A stretch of DNA of 64,000 nt from an uncultured Clostridia bacterium (GTDB taxonomy: Bacteria > Bacillota > Clostridia > Christensenellales > Borkfalkiaceae), in assembly GCA_947624225.1 (NCBI GenBank), contig CANQJF010000002.1:17347-81346 (forward strand), in the 5' to 3' direction. The notes below the pieces were generated by a model. It did no database searches. It worked only from the letters and a program-made list of their open reading frames with translations, and was not told the DNA's origin. Below, in pieces: positions 58,615 through 64,000 of this stretch (position 1 is the stretch's first letter; each line of letters starts with the position of its first letter). The position numbers were made by a program, and so were the translations under genes.

Positions 58615-59241
58615 TCATTTGTGTTCTTCATAATATTTACATAGACCTTTGAGCGTGCACTCGGAACAGGCGGGGCGCTGAGAATGGCAGACGCGCCTCC
58701 CGTGCCAGATGAGGAGGTGGTGCGCCTTTGACCACATTGCCTCGGGGATGACTTTCATGAGCCCCTCCTCGACGGCTTCGGGCGTCTTGCCCTCGGCGAT
58801 GCCCAAGCGGTTGGAGACGCGGAACACGTGCGTGTCGACGGCGATGGCATTGCCCCCGAAAGCGACCGCATAGACGACGTTGGCCGTCTTTCTGCCCACT
58901 CCCGCAAGCGTTCTGAGCTCTTCGAGCGTGGAGGGGACTTCCCCGCCGAACTTCTCCAAAATATCCCGCGAGGCGGACAGAATATGGGCGGCCTTGTTGC
59001 GGTAAAACCCACAGGAGAAGATATAGCCCTCCAACTGCTCCTGCGAGAGCGTCACCATGGCGGCAGGGGTGTTATACCCCTCGAACAGCACCTTTGTGAC
59101 CTTGTTGACGCGCTCATCCGTGCACTGGGCGGAGAGAATGACCGCGACGAGAAGTTCATAGGGCGTGCGGTAGACGAGCGCCGGGCGGGCGTCCGGATAG
59201 AGGCGGTCGAGTTCCGTGAGAATTTCCGAGATCTTGTCCAT
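58615..59241 (-). CDS. nth: Endonuclease III
   Basis: HhH-GPD (LRTLAGVGRKTANVV) and the C-terminal 4Fe-4S cluster CHSQRPACSECTLKGLC. Confidence 0.92.
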   Translation of the reverse strand: MDKISEILTELDRLYPDARPALVYRTPYELLVAVILSAQCTDERVNKVTKVLFEGYNTPAAMVTLSQEQLEGYIFSCGFYRNKAAHILSASRDILEKFGGEVPSTLEELRTLAGVGRKTANVVYAVAFGGNAIAVDTHVFRVSNRLGIAEGKTPEAVEEGLMKVIPEAMWSKAHHLLIWHGRRVCHSQRPACSECTLKGLCKYYEEHK

Positions 59242-59280
59242 GCGGCCATCATAGCACATTTTTTTTAAAAACGCAAGCGC

Positions 59281-59517
59281 TTACACAAACCCGCCGCCCT
59301 GTCCTCTCAAAAATCCGGCAAATGCGGAATAGGGCCGCTTGGCAAGCACGGCCTTTGCGCGAAAGAGCATGCGCTCATCAAATTTTACGGAGATCCCGCA
59401 TCCTACGCCGGCCTCCTTGGGCGTCGAGACCGCCTGCGCCACCACTCCCGCCGCTTTCAACGCGGAGAGGAAGTCCAGCGACTGCGCGCGCGAACGAAAT
59501 ACCGCCAATACCGTCAT
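59281..59517 (-). CDS. DUF3343-like small protein (putative S/Se carrier associated with cysteine desulfurases)
   Basis: 78 aa. AVFRSRAQSLDFLSALKAAGVVAQAVSTPKEAGVGCGISVKF fits my recollection of the DUF3343 pattern. It is divergent from a class V aminotransferase. Confidence 0.5.
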   Translation of the reverse strand: MTVLAVFRSRAQSLDFLSALKAAGVVAQAVSTPKEAGVGCGISVKFDERMLFRAKAVLAKRPYSAFAGFLRGQGGGFV

Positions 59518-59572
59518 ATCACTTCGACCTGCCTTCGTATATTATAGCATAAAAAATCCGTGGAGAATGCCT

Positions 59573-60685
59573 ATGATCTATCTCGACAATGCCGCCACGG
59601 GCGGCACCAAACCCTCCTCCGTACAAAGCGCCGTGCTCGCCTCCATGAAACAGTGCGCAAATCCGGGCAGGAGCGGGCACCGCCTCTCCATCGCCCAAAG
59701 CGAACACGTGCTCGCCTGCCGCAACTTTCTCTCCGAGCTCTTCGACGGCTACGGCTTTGAGCGCGTCGTCTTTACGAGGAGCTGCACCGAGGCGCTCAAC
59801 TATGCCATTTTGGGCATTCTCAAAGAGGGGGACCACGCCGTGTGCTCTTCCCTCGAACACAACTCCGTGCTGCGCCCCTTGGAGCATCTCAAAAGGACGA
59901 GGAATGTCTCCTACGATGTCGTCCCCCTCGATGAAAACGGAGGGATAGATGCGGACATGGTGGCATCGTTTGTGACGGATAAGACCAAACTCGTCTGCAT
60001 CACCGCCGCCTCCAACGTGACGGGATTCGCCCCCGATCTGAGGGCCGTCCGCGCAAAACTTCCCCCGCACGTCTTTTTACTTGCCGATGGCGCACAGGCC
60101 GCGGGGCACATTCCCCTCCGCATGCGGGAGATGGGCATCGATGCGCTGGCGATCGCGGGGCACAAGGGCATGCACGCCATACAGGGCGCCGCCGCCCTCC
60201 TCTTCTCCGACCGCTTCGATCCCGCCCCCGTGCTCTTCGGGGGAACGGGCAGCGAGAGCTTCAATTTAGACATGCCCTCTTTCTATCCCGACCGCCTCGA
60301 AGCGGGGACCCTCTCCTATCCCGCCGTGTGCTCGCTCTTCGAGGGCGCACTGCTCGTCAAGGCGCGCCGCGCAAGGGATGCAGAGCACCTCCTCTCGCTG
60401 ACGGCCGCTCTGCACGGGCAGTTGCAAGAGATCGGCTGCGTCCCCTACTCCGCACCCAATGCGTGCGGGATCCTCTCCTTTCGGCATCCCAAATATGATT
60501 CCGAGGAGGCCGCAACGCTCCTTTCCGACCGCTTCGACATCGCCGTGCGCGGGGGTCTGCACTGCGCTCCGCTCGTGCACCGCGCCCTCCGCACTTTCCC
60601 CGAGGGGCTCGTGCGCGCCTCCTTTTCTCCCTTTCAGGGCTTACGGGAGGGACAGGCGCTGATCGCCGCACTCAAACGGCTGTGA
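59573..60685 (+). CDS. Class V aminotransferase / cysteine desulfurase family protein
   Basis: From ATG 59573: MIYLDNAATGGTKP..., SLEHNSV, the PLP-lysine context AIAGHKGMH, GGLHCAPL. Confidence 0.85.
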   Translation: MIYLDNAATGGTKPSSVQSAVLASMKQCANPGRSGHRLSIAQSEHVLACRNFLSELFDGYGFERVVFTRSCTEALNYAILGILKEGDHAVCSSLEHNSVLRPLEHLKRTRNVSYDVVPLDENGGIDADMVASFVTDKTKLVCITAASNVTGFAPDLRAVRAKLPPHVFLLADGAQAAGHIPLRMREMGIDALAIAGHKGMHAIQGAAALLFSDRFDPAPVLFGGTGSESFNLDMPSFYPDRLEAGTLSYPAVCSLFEGALLVKARRARDAEHLLSLTAALHGQLQEIGCVPYSAPNACGILSFRHPKYDSEEAATLLSDRFDIAVRGGLHCAPLVHRALRTFPEGLVRASFSPFQGLREGQALIAALKRL

Positions 60686-60955
60686 TCACATGCGTTTGAG
60701 CTGCTCAACGAGCTTTTTGAGGCGCTTTTTCTTGAAAGCGTCGAGCAGCGGGGAAAAGCGGTCGTAAAAAGCATCGATCTGTTCATTGGTAAGCGTTCCC
60801 TCCCGCTTGCCCTGCACGGCGCGCGCATAGATGGCACTCAGGATCTCTCCCTCGCTACGGCCTCCGTACTCCTTTAAGAGCGCATCTGCCTCTTTGAGCC
60901 ACTCCTCGTCCGATCTCTTCTTGGGGGAAAAATTCGCAAAATCGTCCATAGTCAC
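60686..60955 (-). CDS. Hypothetical protein
   Basis: 89-aa ORF. The helical, charged sequence matches no family I recognise. Confidence 0.45.
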   Translation of the reverse strand: MTMDDFANFSPKKRSDEEWLKEADALLKEYGGRSEGEILSAIYARAVQGKREGTLTNEQIDAFYDRFSPLLDAFKKKRLKKLVEQLKRM

Positions 60956-61011
60956 CTCTTCTATATCCTATGCCCGAACATCGCATTTTGTCCGTCGCAT
61001 AAAATGAGAGC

Positions 61012-61269
61012 ATGGAAACTTTCGTGCTCTTATTTTTACTCACCTATGCGGGCGGCGACGAAGAGACGCGCGGACGGCTCCGTTCCCTCCTCGATTTTTA
61101 TCGGGAAAACAGAGAGCTCATCACCGCATTGACGCAAAATCAAGCACCCATGTCCGAAACAGCGCTTCACGTTCCCCCCAAAGAGAAATGCGACCCTCAA
61201 AAAAACCGACCCCCGGAAGGGGTCGGCGATATGGATGTTCTCCTGCGCTATCTCGGCGGACTTCACTGA
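61012..61269 (+). CDS. Hypothetical protein (weak call)
   Basis: 85-aa ORF. Its 3' end overlaps the convergent S41 protease gene by 7 nt. Confidence 0.3.
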   Translation: METFVLLFLLTYAGGDEETRGRLRSLLDFYRENRELITALTQNQAPMSETALHVPPKEKCDPQKNRPPEGVGDMDVLLRYLGGLH

Positions 61270-62573
61270 ATGCTCGCAAAGACCTGCTGTAAAAATACGT
61301 CCGTCTCCGACGGGATGTCGGGCGCCTCGACGGCCGCTGCGCCGTCCTCCGTTCTCACGCCGATGCCGTGGATGGTCGTCCCGTTGGGCCAAAACATCTG
61401 CGCACTCGTCAGTTTGAGAACGTTCCCCGCACTGTCGGTATAGGCGGACTGCATGATCCCCTTTCCGTACGTCTTGCCCGTCTCCGCGCGCAAAAAGATG
61501 CGCTCGTATGGCGTCGTGCCATAGGAAACGAGGGCTCCGATGAGGCACTCCGAGGCCGAGGCCGTCATCTCGTCCGCGAGGATGTAGATCTTGCAATCCT
61601 CCCCGAAGAACTCGCGGAACCTGTTCGCGGGCGCGCGCCACACCGTCTCCTTGCCGCGGTTGTCGCGGGAGTAGGCGACGACGGGCGTCCTTTCCTCTGC
61701 ATTTCTCAAAAGGAGCGCGGCGATCTCCTGAAAGACGGAGAGGTAGCCGCCGCCGTTGCTGCGGAGATCGAGGATGAGAGCGTGCTTCCCGCGCGCTTTC
61801 ATGGCGGAGAGTGCGGCCGTCATCTCGGAGGCCGCCGTGCCGTAAAACTCGTCGAGGCGGATATATGCCGTGTCCGCGGGGATGCCCGCAAGGGCGCCGA
61901 GGGCGGGTTTGCCCTCTCCCACAAAGCGCAACGCCCCCTCCCCGTCGCGATACAATACGGCAGAGGCCGAATAATCTTCCCGCTCGATCTCATACAAACG
62001 GGCGTCCGTCCCCTCTGGGTCGTACCCGCAACGCAAGACCACGCTGTCCAGCCCCGAGACGAAAGTTCGGAAGTCGGACAGGCCCCCCGTTTTGAGATTT
62101 TCCCCGTCCTTTCCATAGGCGAGCACATACATGCCCCCGGAGATCCCCGCCCGCTCGGCGGGAGAGTTCCCGACCGTGCGCACAATGCGCAACGCCTCCC
62201 CCTCCGCACGGAATTGGAGGCCGAAATCCGCATGATTGCCCGCATGCTGGGAATATAAACTTTCATATTCTTCGCGCGTGTAATACTCTGAATAGGGGTC
62301 GAGCGAGAAGTCGTCGAAGAACTTGTTGTAGAGCTCGTCCTCCGTAATGTTGCCGTAAAAGTGGTTCTCGGCCGTCTTTACCGCCCAAAGCAGGCTGCGC
62401 GCATTGTCCCCGAGCGAGAGGATGTGGCAAAACCAGCCCGCCGTGAAAAAGAAAAAGGCCGCAAGCACGATGCACGCGCCGGCCAAAATTTTTTTCCCGA
62501 AATTCTTTTTTTGCTTTGCGCCCGTCTCGGACGCCCTTTCCTGTTTTTTCTCCATATGCCTCCGAAATAACAT
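61263..62573 (-). CDS. S41 family C-terminal processing peptidase
   Basis: An N-terminal TM anchor, a PDZ-like region, LILDLRSNGGGYL and ASASECLIGAL motifs. The start is uncertain (ATG 62573 or ATG 62555). Confidence 0.85.
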   Translation of the reverse strand: MLFRRHMEKKQERASETGAKQKKNFGKKILAGACIVLAAFFFFTAGWFCHILSLGDNARSLLWAVKTAENHFYGNITEDELYNKFFDDFSLDPYSEYYTREEYESLYSQHAGNHADFGLQFRAEGEALRIVRTVGNSPAERAGISGGMYVLAYGKDGENLKTGGLSDFRTFVSGLDSVVLRCGYDPEGTDARLYEIEREDYSASAVLYRDGEGALRFVGEGKPALGALAGIPADTAYIRLDEFYGTAASEMTAALSAMKARGKHALILDLRSNGGGYLSVFQEIAALLLRNAEERTPVVAYSRDNRGKETVWRAPANRFREFFGEDCKIYILADEMTASASECLIGALVSYGTTPYERIFLRAETGKTYGKGIMQSAYTDSAGNVLKLTSAQMFWPNGTTIHGIGVRTEDGAAAVEAPDIPSETDVFLQQVFASIQ

Positions 62574-62668
62574 CAAGCCTTGGTTTTCCCCCGCGCGGAC
62601 CGCGGCGCCGGCATTCGGGGCGCTTCTACGCCCTCTTCTACGGCAGTTTTGCCCTATTTGACGGCGGT

Positions 62669-63634
62669 TTATGCCCGATCCAGCAGTTTATAGAGGATGG
62701 AAAGCACGCGGAAAGTGACCGCATCCGAAAATTTGCGGATGTTGAGCCCCGTCGCGCGTTCGATCTTGTCGAGCCGGTAGGTGAGCGTGTTGCGGTGCAT
62801 AAAGAGGTTGCGGCTGGTCTCGGAGATGTTCAGGCTGCTTTCGAGGAACTCCTCGGCCGTCGCCGTCATCTCTTCGTCCTCGAACACTTCCCCCGCGCCC
62901 TCCACATGGAACTGCTCCATGTAATCCATGAGGCGGCTCCGCGGCACATCTTCGAGAAGCCGCACGAGGAGGTATTCGCGGTAGGAGTGCACCTCCCCCT
63001 CGCCGTGGAAGAGGTTGCTCATGCGCACCGCCGCGGCTGCCTGCGCGTAAGAGGAGGCGATCTCGCGGAAAGACTTCACCTCACACCCGACGCCCACGCT
63101 GGCCCGCACGCCCAGCTCTTCATAGAGCGATTGGGCGAGGAAAGTGCCGAATTCAAAGGCCGTCTGGTCCTCCTCCACGAATTTTACGATGGCAATGCGC
63201 CCCTCGCCGACGGACAGCGCAGCGTCGCGCTCCTCCTCGATGAGCATGGAGATCTGGGCGAGCGTCTCCTCCGCAAGGCGGTCGGGGACCACCTCCACGG
63301 CAAAACACGCGCCGTCGGGCACGTTGTACTTATTCATATAGCGAAAGACGCGCCAATTGCCCCCCTCGCCGAGCAGGACCTCCCGAAGTTCTTCACGGCG
63401 GTCGGCATAGGGCTCCCGTGCGCACACCGAGACGAGATAGGCCGCGAGCTTGGCGCTCTTTTCCGCCTGCTCGCCGGTGCCCGCCACATAGGCCTCGACC
63501 GTGCGCCCCTCCGCACGAAGAGAAAAGCAGGTCTCTTCGCCGCCGCGCGGCTGCAAATAAATTTCCACGCCCGTCTTTTTCCGGATGTCGTCGAGGAGCG
63601 CGAGCAGCGCATTTTGATGGTCGTGTGCTTCCAT
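62669..63634 (-). CDS. PucR/CdaR-family transcriptional regulator
   Basis: From ATG 63634: MEAHDHQNALLALL... with a C-terminal PucR HTH (ISETSRNLFMHRNTLTYRLDKIERATGLNIR). Confidence 0.8.
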   Translation of the reverse strand: MEAHDHQNALLALLDDIRKKTGVEIYLQPRGGEETCFSLRAEGRTVEAYVAGTGEQAEKSAKLAAYLVSVCAREPYADRREELREVLLGEGGNWRVFRYMNKYNVPDGACFAVEVVPDRLAEETLAQISMLIEEERDAALSVGEGRIAIVKFVEEDQTAFEFGTFLAQSLYEELGVRASVGVGCEVKSFREIASSYAQAAAAVRMSNLFHGEGEVHSYREYLLVRLLEDVPRSRLMDYMEQFHVEGAGEVFEDEEMTATAEEFLESSLNISETSRNLFMHRNTLTYRLDKIERATGLNIRKFSDAVTFRVLSILYKLLDRA

Positions 63635-63864
63635 GGTATCTCCCGTCCCCGCATTGGGGGACCACGATATGAGTATACCACTTGACGGGGAAAAATGCAA
63701 GGGGGTTTTCCCAATTCTTTTGCCGAAAGGAATTTCTTCCTGCATTTTCCTAAGAAAAAAGAGGAAAGATTTTGTATTTTTTTAAATCGGGTTATTGACA
63801 CATTTATATTTTCATGTTATAATAGTCCATGAACTATGGTTTTCAACGAAAACGGAGGTTATTT

Positions 63865-64000
63865 ATGAGCAAAACTGTTTACACGGCAGGCTCGGTCCCC
63901 ACGCTGAGATATCGCGTCCTCGCGATCGTCTTTTTCCTGTTGGCGGTCGCCGGTCTCTTCCTCGGCCTTTTGGGGCAATATGTCCCCATCTTCTCGCACA
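63865..64000 (+). CDS. 5' end of a membrane protein gene (runs off the right edge)
   Basis: Not in the ORF track. A GGAGG RBS precedes ATG 63865: MSKTVYTAGSVPTLRYRVLAIVFFLLAVAGLFLGLLGQYVPIFSH... Confidence 0.45.
   Translation, partial: MSKTVYTAGSVPTLRYRVLAIVFFLLAVAGLFLGLLGQYVPIFSH

Noticed and set aside
17779-61160. Mini-ORFs beginning MSE(T/R) created by the ATGTCCGAAA word (for example MSERKPLKLHTTPLPRV at 31322, MSERRTKKTSE at 54935, MSETSAL at 17790 on the minus strand)
   Set aside because: There is no Shine-Dalgarno sequence. Lengths range from 4 to 40 codons and nothing is conserved beyond the word itself. I interpret them as by-products of a DNA/RNA-level motif.

Overview
GC-rich (by eye roughly 55-60 % GC) chromosomal segment from a spore-forming Firmicutes/Clostridia-like genome; I cannot name the species. 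It is mostly housekeeping. It holds rpoB-rpoC (rpoC runs off the left edge and is missing from the ORF track), rqcP, a fused ispDF, radA, trmB, dut, degV, type III glutamine synthetase and an uninterrupted sigK. It also holds aspS, cls, mtnN, ung, mcsA-mcsB-clpC, an amino-acid ABC transporter, rubrerythrin, argS, ychF, nth, cotF-like genes, an S41 protease and a PucR regulator. Several AT-richer accessory patches are interspersed: a membrane GT2 glycosyltransferase, a tandemly duplicated BcrA-like ABC-2 exporter, a 1001-aa collagen-like/BspA-LRR lipoprotein with an XRE neighbour, a decayed second BspA copy, and many small XRE regulators. I found no rRNA, tRNA, CRISPR array, integrase, transposase, reverse transcriptase or recognisable defence operon. 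The most unusual signals are non-coding. (1) A 9-15-nt word (CGGACATGG / YACCATGTCCGAAAS) occurs at least 20 times; it lies in 3' UTRs next to terminators and, always in the same reading frame, inside unrelated genes. (2) A promoter-driven ~390-nt structured region upstream of mtnN has a duplicated 3' arm complementary to a single 5' arm. (3) Mosaic repeats link two odd intergenic regions (7.6-7.9 kb and 56.0-56.2 kb) with that RNA region. (4) A 48-nt operator-like element is shared by a TetR-divergent promoter and the ABC exporter operon. Protein-level oddities are a 108-aa acidic tail on RpoB, a circularly permuted amino-acid-binding lipoprotein, a clpC operon without ctsR, and three genes with single-base frameshifts. 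All coordinates and counts come from manual reading and need computational confirmation.
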